Shown here in pieces: positions 49,320-62,315 of a stretch of 64,000 nt of DNA (position 1 is the stretch's first letter; each line of letters begins with the position of its first letter). The DNA lies in the NCBI RefSeq assembly GCF_963676685.1, contig NC_092344.1, forward strand, positions 3,224,001-3,288,000, written 5' to 3'. The translations under genes and the position numbers were made by a program. Source of the DNA: Mytilus edulis (taxonomy: Eukaryota). The notes beneath the pieces were generated by a model. It did not search any database, had not been told where the DNA came from, and saw nothing but the letters and a program-made list of their open reading frames with translations.

Positions 49320-52300
49320 TAGAAACCTAGTCACTAACCAAGATTACTTTATATATAATGCAATTCCTTCACATCAACCATAGGAGATTTCTTCTACTGC
49401 CACACAAATCATTTACAATCTCACTTGTTAATATTTGTCATATGTTTGTAAGTCAAAAGTTGAGTCTCTGATGTGTTTCAATATTTTATGTATGGAAACA
49501 TTACTTGGATAATGGTACATTCCTCTTGTGAATATTATGTATAAGGGTACATAACTCTTTTGAATATAATGAATAAAGGTACGTAACTCTTGACAGTATT
49601 AGTAACTGCTGAATCTCCTTTATACTAATCTCTCTATTGACTTTACTGGCTGTATATTCTCAACCATTAATTTATATTCACACTTTTTGTCTCTCCTGCA
49701 ATGAAATTCGCAGAAGAAAGACTCAATTGTGCTGTTCAGTTTTGAAACCCTGAAACAAGAGTTTTTAGGTGGTTATATTGTAATCAATTGTAAACCAAGA
49801 GATACATAACATAAATATTTTGTCAGTAAGTATGAAAAAAAAGAAAACAAAAATATAAAGTTCCTCCAAGGCAAATTCAAAATTCCATAAAAACTGACAA
49901 AATGGAATGCCATCAATCAACAAAACAAGTGAAATTTACCTGCCATTTTCCAGACATTTTCTAAGAAGTGATGGGTAAAACCCACTTGTATGACAATTGT
50001 TTATAGTTATGTTATATTGGCAAAATTGGGTGGGCAACCCAAAACAATGTGACAATAATTTGGATCCACCGGCCAAAACTATAAAAATATCATTTTTCTT
50101 GAATTAACGCAGGCAAAGAAAAACTTGCGCTATTATGCTCCCAAACAAAATTCCTTAATCTAAGCTTTAGTTAATTTGTTGCTAATATATTTAATGATAT
50201 AAAGCACAATAATGTTAGTAATTTTAATTGACTTTATGCTAATCAAAGAAAGACAATCTCCTGAAATTTGAAGTTCTAATCTCCAAAAAAATCTTTTACA
50301 AAAAATCTTCCCTTATGATTGGACTTCTTCACATAGATGAGCAGATAAAAATATTATTTAATAAAGTTTATTCAATTAATAAAGCTTTAAAGAATAAATA
50401 CCAGAAATAATGTTACGATGTATTCATTTTATTAAGTTTTGGTTATTGGATACTAAAAATGATAAAAATTGTATTTAATATCATAACAGGGTTACCCTGT
50501 GCTAAAATTTTCGTTAGAATATACAAATTTCATTTTTTCTAAAGTCTTGGTTTTTTTTTAAATTTTTAAACATTTTCTATAAACTTTATTATTTTATATC
50601 TGATGTTGATTTCAAAATCTAAACCAAACTCAAATTGACTATTACATGAGACATTGGAATTGTAAATTTTATACAATTGAAGAATAAGTGAATGGGTCAG
50701 GGAAGTATATATGCTTAGCTTGTCATTAAACCTCCATATGTTGTGACAGTGAATCATTGATGAACCTTTCTTTCTATTTATTATGATAATTATGCAATGT
50801 GGTGTTTTATACTAACCATTTATTTTAAAAACATGAAACATGGAAAAATTTTGTTATTTAGAAAAAATTGAGCTTGTAGAACCTACTTTTAGATTTGTCA
50901 TGAAGTTTGGTCATTCCATTGTACATGTTGCAGAGTTTCAGTCATGTCTAACTATTTATTTACCATAAGCATTCCTGAAGATCATCTTAGACAAGTAGGA
51001 GTTACATGATATATTTTTGTTTTTTTCTACAACACACTTCTGTTCACAAAAATCTTACCTATAATGTATTGCAAGTGAAATTGTCATAAGATTTATTTGA
51101 AAATGACCACAGTTTTACACTACTGACTAGCTGATGTCAACAAAATTACGTTTATGATATTTTTTATTGAACATTTATGTAGTTATTTGTTAATTTTACA
51201 ATTAAGTTTATAATTTTGTATTGAGCACCTTTTTGTTTTTTCTGAACATTTTTACTGAATTTTTATAGAATATATGTATAGTTGTAACATTTTTGAAAGA
51301 AATATATATGTTTATAAGATTGAGTGCTAATATTGTTATACGTTCACAGATCTATATACAGAGATACTAGAAGCAATTTAATTTTATGAATTCAGGGCAA
51401 AGTTCTTCAAATTTTGTTTAGTCAAACCTCTATGGGTAAACTTTGGTGAGTCCTAACTAAATGTAGACACACCAACACTTATCTTGGTAAGTTAGAAGGA
51501 TCACTGATGTACATGTCCTGAATGAAAATTTTGACCATTTCCACATTTATGTCTCCAGACATTAGATGAAGAGCCATTTTTATTTTGCATCTGTATTTGT
51601 TATAGAAATTACTTTCCTTCCCAAAGATGTCTTAGTGATAAAAATGTCTTGCTATGTTGACTTTAGATGCCATGAAAATTCTCCTAAACTAACAAATAAA
51701 AGTTGACTTTCAAGATCATTCTATGGCTACTTTTAAAATGTAAGATCCCCTTTAATAGTTCAAGGATTTTCATAATATGTTAAAAGATCAAAATGTAAAG
51801 GACTCCTTTCTACTTTAATAATTCTTATGACACATCTAGGAATAAATAACATTTTATTTTGTAATGTCAAAATGAGATGAGAGAATTAAATATTTGCACA
51901 TTATGTATGGTTTTTTTATTGGTTATTCAAACATCATATTAAAATACACATGTCAAAATTCAAAACCAATCTTGCCACTCGTTGAATTAATTGTATGATA
52001 TAGCTTTCTGCTCACGTTCAGAGCGTGTTCAATTAACAGTATAATAGAGCCTTCTGCACTGACCTGAAGCCGCTATATATTTTTCATATGTTAATATTTT
52101 TTTAAATTTGGTTATGTTAGAATTTTGGTAATGAGAGTTCAATGATGAATATTCATTAGATATATCATATTGTCAGTTTATAGATTCTCATTTTATGTAA
52201 TAACTCATTCAGTGATGAATATTCATTTATACTGTCTCATCTCTTTACCCTACAGCAATGAACAAGTCCTGTTTGATCTTTACAAATCCTTTCTGATATA

Positions 52301-52377
52301 TTTTATGCAAAGTTAATGTAAGTGATTAATTGTTACCAATGAACCAATTTATAGCAATAAAAGTTGTAATATAACAT

Positions 52378-54250
52378 TGTGTCTGTGTATATTTGACTGT
52401 AATATGGTATGGTTTTGTTGTGTCAGTGTAGATTTTACTGTAATATGGTATGGTTTTGTTGTGTCAGTGTAGTATTTACTGTAATATGGTATGGGTTTGT
52501 TGTGTCAGTGTAGATTTTACTGTAATATGGTATGGTTTTGTTGTGTCAGTGTAGTATTTACTGTAATATGGTATGGGTTTGTTGTGTCAGTGTAGATTTT
52601 ACTGTAATATGGTATGGGGTTGTTGTGTCAGTGTAGTATTTACTGTAATATGGTATGGGTTTGTTGTGTCAGTGTAGATTTTACTGTAATATGGTATGGT
52701 TTTGTTGTGTCAGTGTAGTATTTACTGTAATATGGTATGGGGTTGTTGTGTCAGTGTAGATTTTACTGTAATATGGTATGGGGTTGTTGTGTCAGTGTAG
52801 ATTTCACTGTAATATGGTATGGGGTTGTTGTGTCAGTGTAGATTTCACTGTAATATGGTATGGTTTTGTTGTGTCAGTGTAGATTTTACTGTAATATGGT
52901 ATGGGTTTGTTGTGTCAGTGTAGATTTTACTGCAATATGGTATGGTTTTGTTGTGTCAGTGTAGTATTTACTGTAATATGGTATGGGTTTGTTGTGTCAA
53001 TGTAGATTTTACTGCAATATGGTATGGGTTTGTTGTGTCAGTGTAGATTTTACTGTAATATGGTATGGGTTTGTTGTGTCAGTGTAGATTTTACTGCAAT
53101 ATGGTATGGTTTTGTTGTGTCAGTGTAGATTTTACTGTAATATGGTATGGGTTTGTTGTGTCAGTGTAGATTTTACTGTAATATGGTATGGGTTTGTTGT
53201 CAGTGTAGATTTTACTAAATCATGGTATTGGTTTGTTGTGTCGATGTTGATCTGACTGTATCATGGTATGGGTTTGTTGATTTGATGTAGATCTGACTGT
53301 ATCATGGTATTGGTTTGTTGTGTCGATGTTGATCTGACTGTATCATGGTATGGGTTTGTTGATTTGATGTAGATCTGACTGTATCATGGTATTGGTTTGT
53401 TGTGTAGATCTGACTGTATCATGGTATGGGTTTGTTGATTTGATGTAGATCTGACTGTATCATGGTATTGGTTTGTTGTGTAGATCTGACTATCATGGTA
53501 TGGGTTTGTTGATTTGATGTAGATCTGACTGTATCATGGTATTGGTTTGTTGTGTAGATTTGACTGTATCATGGTATGGGTTTGTTGTGTAGATTTGACT
53601 GTATCATGGTATGGGTTTGTTGATTTGATGTAGATCTGACTGTATCATGGTATTGGTTTGTTGTGTAGATTTGACTGTATCATGGTATGGGTTTGTTGTG
53701 TAGATTTGACTGTATCATGGTATGGGTTTGTTGATTTGATGTAGATCTGACTGTATCATGGTATTGGTTTGTTGTGTAGATCTGACTGTATCATGGTATG
53801 GGTTTGTTGTGTAGATCTGACTATCATGGTATTGGTTTGTTGTGTAGATTTGACTGTATCATCGTATGGGTTTGTTGATTTGATGTAGATCTGACTGTAT
53901 CATGGTATGGGTTTGTTGTGTAGATCTGACTGTATCATGGTATGGGTTTGTTGTGTAGATCTGACTGTATCATGGTATTGGTTTGTTGTGTAGATTTGAC
54001 TGTATCATGGTATGGGTTTGTTGTGTAGATTTGACTGTATCATGGTATGGGTTTGTTGTGTAGATTTGACTGTATCATGGTATGGATTTGTTGTGTAGAT
54101 CTGACTGTATCATGGTATGGGTTTGTTGTGTAGATTTTACTGTATCATGGTATGGGTTTGTTGTGTAGATTTGACTGCATCATGGTATGGGTTTGTTGTT
54201 TCTGTGTATATTTGACTATCATTGTGTGGGTTTGTTGTTTTGGTGTAGAT
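52378..54250. repeat. Compound GT-rich satellite: 41-bp units changing to 42/35-bp units near 53220
   Basis: GTGTCAGTGTAGATTTTACTGTAATATGGTATGGTTTTGTT, then GTGTAGATCTGACTGTATCATGGTATGGGTTTGTT. Confidence 0.96.
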
Positions 54251-55841
54251 ATAAACAGAAATTGAGTAATTCATAAGTATTTCATCGGAAATTGAACTCT
54301 TGGGGTTCTTTGATATGCTAATTCTCACAATATACGTAGATTTTGGATATTGAATCAAAATAGTTAAATGTTTAATTTCAAGTTTTTCAGTTCTTTGACC
54401 CTATTCATTTTGTGTCACAAACCTATGCTGTGTAAAATATTCAAACAAAATCCAAATCCATAGCTGTTTTAAGCTTAAATGTTTTGTCCATACTTGCTCA
54501 ACTGTTCATGTTTCGACCTCTGCAGATAAGGTCTTGTTTGCTGTCCCTCTGACAGCCTCTAGCTTTGTGTACATGTTAGACTGACATAGAACTGCATCAT
54601 GCAGATCAGGTTATAAGACTTTCTCATGTAATAAGAAGCTATTGAGAGTTTAAAGGGTATCAAACTAATATCTTTTTTGGCAAATTTCTGTTAAAAGATT
54701 ACTATTTTCTATCTGTTCTGTTATTTTAAAAACAGTTATATTTAGATAACATCTTTTCAATGATTGAAAAGGGAAATACAATTGTAATATGGGCCAATGT
54801 AGTTGTGAGGAAAAATTAAGAACTGAAGAAGGCCAATGGGTATGTTTTGAAATCTGTGTTTCTGCTACAGGAATTAGTATCTTAATTTCATTCCAACTTT
54901 CAATACTGTAATTTGGAATTAATTTAAGCAAGAAATTCATGTAGCAGAAATTCAAAGTGTTTTCCTTATACAGAACTTAGGATATTTTTACTGTTGTAAA
55001 ATTTTGGCATATTAAATGATCATTGGAAGGCATTAAAATAATACATTTATCAATATAAATCATTGCAGGAGTTTGTGAAATGATGATAGGAACATTGTGA
55101 GCAATGATAAAAAGTAAACCATAAATTAAAGTAAACCTAAATTTCATTATATTTAGGAGAAAAAAACAATTACCCTAATTACATAACTAGTAGGATCAAC
55201 CAACTTTATGTTAATTGGCCATTTCATCTGATTACCAGAATTAACAGATTATATGTGCAAATTTAATCTAATTTATAAAATCTAGCCCAAGTTCATTTTT
55301 CAAAATATTGCAATTAAAATGCTCCAATTTTTAGATCAAATATCTCACAAACAAATATCATAATGGTGTTTCCTTTTGATGATGTTGAATTTTGATATAC
55401 TCTATGTGTAAAATAATATTTGTATGTGTAAAATAAAATATTGTTTTGTACTTTACTACTACTGTTTAACTGAAAAGGGTGAAGATCCCAAGATTTCTAC
55501 GGTATTTAATTTTGTTTTCACATACATTTTGCATCTTAAAAAGTGAGGGATCCAGGTCATAGAGAGTAGATGGGTTTTTTTTTTATAAACAAATAGAACA
55601 GCCAGTATAATCGTTGAAGTACCAAAACAGTATATCTCAAGCCAGAATATCTGAATGCTAGACTCCTTTAAATCTGTCTTACAAACATTACCCTGTACCA
55701 ATTCCACATTCTGTTCAAATCTTTTTAAATTATTTCTTGTGTAAAACTTATATATTACTGATTGAAGATGTTTTATATTTGTCCCCATCACATGAATATA
55801 ATCAAATATTCATAATATAAGTATTTGCAATTTTTTCCTAT

Positions 55842-55983
55842 CAGTGGTGGATCCAGAAATTTTCATAAGGGGCCCACTGACTGCCTAAGAAGGCTTCTGC
55901 TCCAGTGATTCCCTAAAGAATCAGCCAATTTTTTTTCTGAGAAAAGGAGGGCCCATGCCCCCTACCCCCTAAATCTGCATCTG
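55842..55983. mobile_element. Short MITE (second copy at ~378-524)
   Basis: CAGTGGTGGATCCAG...CTAAATCTGCATCTG; shares GTGATTCCCTA..AATCA.CCAA interior with 378-524. Confidence 0.55.
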
Positions 55984-57607
55984 TCTATTAAGTTTTGTAG
56001 TGTGAAATTTGAATAATGAATTTAAAGAAACAAATTTATTTTTTTCTTTAAATACAATTTTTCACGTATTAATATTCTATTAAAATTATGAAACAACATA
56101 CTGAATTGTATTACATTATTATTGAACATTGTATTTAATTGTAATATACTAATATAAAATTTAAGAAAAAAATACTTATCTATATGAAACCCTGTTCTTA
56201 TAGATACTAACTATTTCAGGGTACCTTACAGTTAAAGCTGTAGCGGTAAGGTCATTGTTAACAGCTTTAGTGCAATAAATTTATATTCAAGTGTTAAAAA
56301 AAAAAAAAAAAAAATTATGAAACAATTGATAGAAGTAACTGGTTTAAAAAAAATATTCTCTGAAATGCTTCTTCCTCTCTTTTTATATATATTACACAAT
56401 AAGTAAATGACATCATCTAATATTTCATTTTTATATTTTTAAAATAAAGAATGTTTTGATGTATATTATGGTATTCATTATGAACATTAACATTTACATA
56501 TAATTGCACCTATATGACAACAACTTGGCACATGGAATATTTGACAAGACATTCAATAAACAATTTTACAAATGATATAACAATGTATAATATGATTCAA
56601 TTGTTATTTGCAAGTCACAAGTCTGTGTAATGCCAAAAACTTATCTGTGAATATAAGTCATTGTTTATTATCCGATTTAAATATAAATAACAATTGATGA
56701 ATAAAATATAAAAAGACTTGGAATGTTTCCAATAAAACCAGAGACATATATAAACTTATCAAATTATAATAAAAAATATAACATTATAATATATTTGGTA
56801 AACAGGAAAACACAAGAGATTCGTTATCCATACATTAATTATACAAGGATTTTCTGTTGACCTTATGTTAAACAGGGAAAGGAGCTTTATCTAAGGATTT
56901 GTATAAAAACTATACAAATCATTGGTTTATCTATTTTGAAGTATACATGAATAATTCTTTATATGCATTTTAATTTCTTTTGAAATAATGATTCCAACAT
57001 TAGAATATAAAAAGGACTAATAAAAAACAGAAGTAAAAAACAAACAACACTGTGGTCTAACAAATGGAGAAAAGAATAAAGAGGCCAAGTGTGACCCCCC
57101 CCCCCCCCCCCCTATTTGTACATGATGAATTTTTAAAACAGAAAAATCTTAAATGAACTGGAAACCAATCAGGGAGGTGTGAATTGAAATTTATTTAAAA
57201 ATAACACATCATCAATTTCATTTATGATATAAATATTAGAAGTTTATATTTACAAATTCCAACATTAAGTTTCTTAAATTTATACGTGTGTTATAGTTTC
57301 TACCATAACTATTTTTTTCAATAATTTGTTATCCATTCGTTTGATGTGTTTGAGCTTTTGATTTTGCCTTTTGATAAGGGACTTTCCGTTTTGAATTTTC
57401 CTCGGAGTTCGCTATTTTTGTGATTTTACTTTTTGCTGCATTTTTACCCATTCTACACCATTTTAATGTAATGATTTAATGAATGGTTTTGATCATTTTG
57501 ATTTTGATTTATACATTTGTTTGCTCAGAACGTTCTTGATAGGAATCTGAGTATTATGCTTATGCATTTAAGGGAGTTCAGACTGTAATGAACTTCGTTG
57601 TCTATGT

Positions 57608-57792
57608 TCATCCTGCCATTCCTGAATTGTGTACTTCGTGTGTATCACCTTTCAGTGTAAAATATAAACTAAAAGCCAAGGCATATGTGGCTAGTCCAGC
57701 AAGTATTCCAACTATCACAAATATCATGGCTTTCTTTGCATGATGTTTGGAAGCAACTTCATCTCCCAGCTGCCATGCATGGTTTGCTTTGA
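57608..57792 (-). CDS. CD225/dispanin protein, coding exon 2; spliced protein 153 aa
   Basis: TATTTCAG|TC joins in frame: VKANHAWQLGDEVASKHHAKKAMIFVIVGILAGLATYALAFSLYF...TGA; matches the CD225 'GDxxxAxxxSxxA' loop plus TM helix. Confidence 0.8.
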
Positions 57793-58167
57793 CTGAAATA
57801 GATAAATGCTTGAATTAATGTTCTATGCAAATGCCTACCAGAAAAAAACATTACTAAAATCAACCGAATATAGGACTTGCCATTGTCTTACATATAACAT
57901 TTTTTACTCCATTCTATCGTAGACCAAACACATTCTGTTTAGATTTGTTTTAACCTAACACATTTTGCCTACCAATTATATATTTGTCCTAGCTACCTAC
58001 CCTAGTTCATTTGTGCAGAAGGAAAGATATTACCGAGTCATTGTAAGAGACAATTGTTTATAGTATTGAAAGTGTAGTGAATTGCTTACAAAACCGTTGC
58101 ACTGCAACTTTCACTCAGGATGATGATAACAGCTTTATTATAATCTTCCGATTAAATGATGAATTAC

Positions 58168-58444
58168 CTCCAAAATGATATCCCAGTAATCCAAATATGA
58201 AATTGCATAGCATGATAACACAACATGAGGTGACCACAAAGTCCTTTGGTTTTCGTTTTCCATCAGGTTTTCCTTGAGTTACAACATTACTCCCTGATTG
58301 TTCTGATATGATAACACCAGACGAGCTATAGCCAACTGTTGGCTGGGTTGTAATCACAGCTGGTCCATTTGATGATTTGTCTATATTTACATGGACCTCT
58401 TCGTGGGTTATGGTTGCAGGGTTGGAATGTCCTTCACTCGACAT
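58168..58444 (-). CDS. CD225/dispanin-family (PRRT1/IFITM-like) membrane protein, coding exon 1
   Basis: Acceptor TTTTTTTATAG 3 nt before the ATG, implying an upstream non-coding exon; 'VITTQP' N-terminus; 'PKDFVVTSCCVIMLCNFIFGLLG' first hydrophobic segment; G|GTAATT donor. Confidence 0.8.
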
Positions 58445-58757
58445 TCCCTATAAAAAAACAAATAATGATTTTATTAACTGTAACAGAGGAGGGACATGAA
58501 ATGAAAGAATAACTTAACTTGGTCCGATGTCATTTTAGTACTAAATAAGACATGCCTAAAAAAACGAAAGCAGACATTTCTTGATTTCTTATAGAAATCT
58601 AAACCAAGCCCTCATCCTAAGTCAATCCCCCAAAACTAGAACAAGATATGAAATTTATCTATTTCAAAAATATAATAACATTTACGCAAACAACTACCTC
58701 TCCTCCTCCCCTCACAATAATCTATATATCTTACCTTTTACATCAACGATGAAGATA

Positions 58758-59003
58758 GACGTAGGTAACTGTTCAATTAAGAATTATCTTGATTTGTACG
58801 TTTTTAAAATATTTTAAAAACACTTAGTTCAGGGTCATCTTCAAGATAATAGTGTATTGATGTATTTGAAAAGATTTACCGACGTAGGTAACTGTTCAAT
58901 TAAGAATTATCTTGATTTGTACGTTTTTAAAATATTTTAAAAACACTTAGTTCAGGGTCATCTTCAAGATAATAGTGTATTGATGTATTTGAAAAGATTT
59001 ACC
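58758..59003. repeat. Apparently perfect 123-bp tandem duplication upstream of the CD225 coding exons
   Basis: GACGTAGGTAAC...GATTTACC at 58758 and 58881. Confidence 0.92.
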
Positions 59004-59017
59004 TGTTATTTACCTGT

Positions 59018-59055
59018 TGACGTCACTATTCTTCAGGTGAGTCACCTTTTTATAA
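59018..59055 (-). promoter_or_regulatory. CRE, AP-1 and TATA-like cluster upstream of the CD225 gene
   Basis: TGACGTCA 59018-59025; TGAGTCA 59038-59044; TATAAAA on the minus strand ending at 59054. Confidence 0.45.
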
Positions 59056-59113
59056 GGGTGATAACCAGTACACAATTCAATCATCTGTGTATTGTATAAA
59101 CATATTTATTATC

Positions 59114-59231
59114 CACCAGGAGGTCCGAGTTATAGCGGTCAGGAGAGAGAATCAAATAGAAGTCTATATTTCACCAGGAGGTCCGAGTTCTAGCGGTCAG
59201 GAGAGAAAATCAAATAGAAGTCTATATTTCA
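59114..59231. repeat. 58-bp tandem duplication
   Basis: CACCAGGAGGTCCGAGTT..GTCTATATTT at 59114 and 59172. Confidence 0.88.
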
Positions 59232-60928
59232 AGCTGCAAAAAAAAAATGACAGGGTTATTGCAGTCTTTGGGGAACCTTAGTCGATTTGATTGGTTGATT
59301 TTTTCTTAATTTACGTCCAGTGGCAAATATTTCATGCATGTGCTGGACGCATGTCGGTTTGAAGTGTTACTGATCATCATTTTGTCTCAGAGACAGTATC
59401 ACCTTTTAGCCAGCTATATAGCTCATTTTTGAAGTCAATATTATGGCCTTTAGTTGTCAACTTGTACGTCATTTGGTCTCTGATGGAGAGTTGTCTCATT
59501 GACAATCATAAACACATCTTTTCTGAATTTTTATATTGTCACAAAAAAATGCTGTCACAGTTGAGGTCACCTTTTTGTCTGATTCACCCAAGGTTTAAGG
59601 TCTGAAAAGTGTTAAATACATAATTTATGATAAACACTGAAATATCTCTTTATATCATTTGTTTTGCACACACCCGAATGCATATCAATTGTGCCAAAAT
59701 AAAACTGCATCTGCTTACCAGTTAATTTATTTATCAAATAGAAATTATCTTACACTCAATGTTTGACATTTATTGGACAAATCATGGATTGCATGCAAGT
59801 TGTAGGGTATTCGGAATTTCTCTTGCAAGAAGTCCTATCACCTAACCTTCTTATTTTGTGCTAATCTGTCTTTGCTCTTGTTGCTTAATGCCGCACTTGG
59901 CCGAGAAGCAACAGATTCGTATACCAACGACTCTGCAAGCAAGTTATCATCGTTCAGGAGGAGCAGGGGGTTCGGGTTTTCCGTGTATGATAGCATCAAC
60001 CTTACAGCAATTTTTTTTTTAAATGGCAATATCCCTGCTCGTCATTTGTCACATTTCTGATTATAATTTTCATAGCGATAATAATTATTGGATACGGTAT
60101 CAGATTCTACTGTTAGAAGGGAAAGGGTACCATGTCGTGTCCCTATAATATATATGATATTTCAGAAGATAAAAACAAAAATTATAAAAACCTTGCTATA
60201 ATTTATTGGCCCCCCCTTTATTGGCAAGCTTAAAAAATTACAGATTTTACACACAAGTCAAATTAGAGTTATCTTTCTTTTTACAGTTAACCAGGTTCGG
60301 TAAACGTTTTATATAAAGTTTACAATATATTTCTTCTAAAGGTGAATACAGTGACTGTGGGCATGGTGGGTGAATATTAAAACTTTTTTTATTTATATAA
60401 TACTGTAGATTCATTTATTCAGAAAGTTACGATAATATCCGTTATATTTATTTTTTATAATTCATTGTAATTAATCTGTTCCTTGTGGGCGCTGTAATTA
60501 ACAAAAAAATGATAATCTGTAAATGTTCCTGTATACAACCCTCGGTACAAACCCATATAAAGAATGGGTTCAGACAATATATTAAAAATAACTTATATAT
60601 GACATAAGTCTCCATTACAAATCATATGATAATATACAAAACAGCATTTCTAAGGTTTTCTATAGTATAAAACAATAAGATTATACACATAATTTTAACA
60701 ATTGTTTCTAATTTCTAATGCATCTTTAATAAATTTTGTATTTTATATGTCCTACAGTGCCTTTTTCCAGTTGCACACTTTTTTTTAAATTATTTTAGTC
60801 AAAAGATACCATTTAATAAAACACAAGTTTTTCTTCTTTTTTGTTACTGAGCGCTATCACGTTTTCCGGGACTCTTTCTTTTAATAGTTTATTTTAGTGA
60901 CTTTTAGTACTTGATATTAGTTTCTGAA

Positions 60929-60976
60929 CACTCGCTAGCCAAGGGTTACGATCGTAACCCGTGGCTAGCGAAGATG
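60929..60976. mobile_element. 48-bp fully palindromic micro-MITE with 9-bp TSD
   Basis: CACTCGCTAGCCAAGGGTTACGA|TCGTAACCCGTGGCTAGCGAAGATG, flanked by GTTTCTGAA on both sides. Confidence 0.78.
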
Positions 60977-61435
60977 GTTTCTGAAGTGAATTTGTTGGGT
61001 CCTTAAATTTAATAGTTATCTAATTTCATTTATTGTTAGCTGGGCAAGTTTTCTCTATATTCTTCGTACTTTATGGAATATCAGAATCGAGATAACGGAA
61101 TAGAATAAGAATAATTTATTTTATATATAAAATCATGACATGGATATATAAGGCCCATTATATAATAGTCCCCGCAGTTATCCTCTTCCACAGAACACAA
61201 TGAATAAATAAATAATCCCATTTCGCCAACCCTGCTTTATAATTCCCACTTTCACTGACAAAGTAGAAACCATAAAAGAATACCCCATTAAAATGTCCTG
61301 GACAGGTCTTGCACATGCAGTAACGTTACATTAACAGTATCTGAATTAACCCAATTTTACCCCCGATTAGAATAATTATAATGACATGTTTACTTTTGTT
61401 GTTGTGATTAGAATGAAATAGGTTACAACTGGTTG

Positions 61436-61542
61436 TGACGCATTATTAGTTATTTTTAGATATGCCAAATATGGAACCGATTATGACGTTCTCTCATTTC
61501 ATTGGTTTAACGTATGCATAATTATCCGCTGATTGTTGACGT
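61436..61542 (+). promoter_or_regulatory. BTG promoter: CArG box, three CRE half-sites, inverted CCAAT
   Basis: CCAAATATGG 61465-61474; TGACG at ~61436, ~61484, ~61537; ATTGG at 61501. Confidence 0.6.
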
Positions 61543-61838
61543 AGGGGTTTTTAGAGTGGAATCTACACAACAAGCGTAGCCATTACAGCTGAGAGAGCGA
61601 ACAAAGAAGGGTGGAACATCTATAGCAGAGCTGTGGTGAAAAGTAACTAAAAATTGGTTAAGAAAAGTGTGAAACTGGAATATTTAAAGAACAATAAATT
61701 GAAATACTGAGTTATATCAAAGAAATTTTAATACGGTAACAGAAAAATTTGGTGTAAAACGTGTGTAAAACAACGACAGCTGTTGTAAACAAGTTACGGA
61801 AAACTCAGAAAATTTTATGACAATTGTAAACATTGAGT

Positions 61839-62315
61839 ATGAAAATTGAATTAAGAAGTGCAGTGGATTTTCTGTCAAATTTCATCAGGATTTCAAAGTA
61901 TGTAACAGACGAGCAACTATGTAACTTCAGGGAATCATTACTCGACTTACTCCAAAACAAGTATGAAAATCATTGGTTTCCAGAGAAGCCATGCAAAGGA
62001 AGTGGATATAGGTGTATAAGACTGAATCACAATATGGACCCAACAGTCAGGGAAGCAGGGTCAGCTTGTGGACTAAATCAGAAAGCTCTAGAAGACATTT
62101 TACCTAAGGAATTAACAATGTGGGTAGACCCAAAGGAAGTTTCGTATAGGTTGGGTGAAAATGGAAGTATAGGCATTATATTTGATGGAACCGTCCGAAT
62201 TAACTCATTCTACGCCAGTCCTGCCTCACATAACAGATTGCAGCACTCCTGTAAGGGGAAAGTATTTATATCTAGAGACAACTTTCAGCAAATGCCAACT
62301 TTAGTTCAGGGCTGA
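61839..62315 (+). CDS. BTG1: BTG/Tob family antiproliferative protein, BTG1/BTG2-like, 158 aa, intronless CDS
   Basis: Box A YENHWFPEKPCKGSGYRCI, Box B LPKELTMWVDPKEVSYRLGE, Box C-like NGSIGII; first ATG at 61839. Orthology to BTG1 versus BTG2 cannot be resolved. Confidence 0.92.
   Translation: MKIELRSAVDFLSNFIRISKYVTDEQLCNFRESLLDLLQNKYENHWFPEKPCKGSGYRCIRLNHNMDPTVREAGSACGLNQKALEDILPKELTMWVDPKEVSYRLGENGSIGIIFDGTVRINSFYASPASHNRLQHSCKGKVFISRDNFQQMPTLVQG

Noticed and set aside
52130-52230. SECIS-like ATGA...GA hairpin in the putative NAMPT 3' UTR
   Set aside because: Helix II does not pair and the CDS has no in-frame UGA
59838-60060. Overlapping short GC-richer ORFs
   Set aside because: No recognisable domain or convincing splice context; part resembles a SINE fragment
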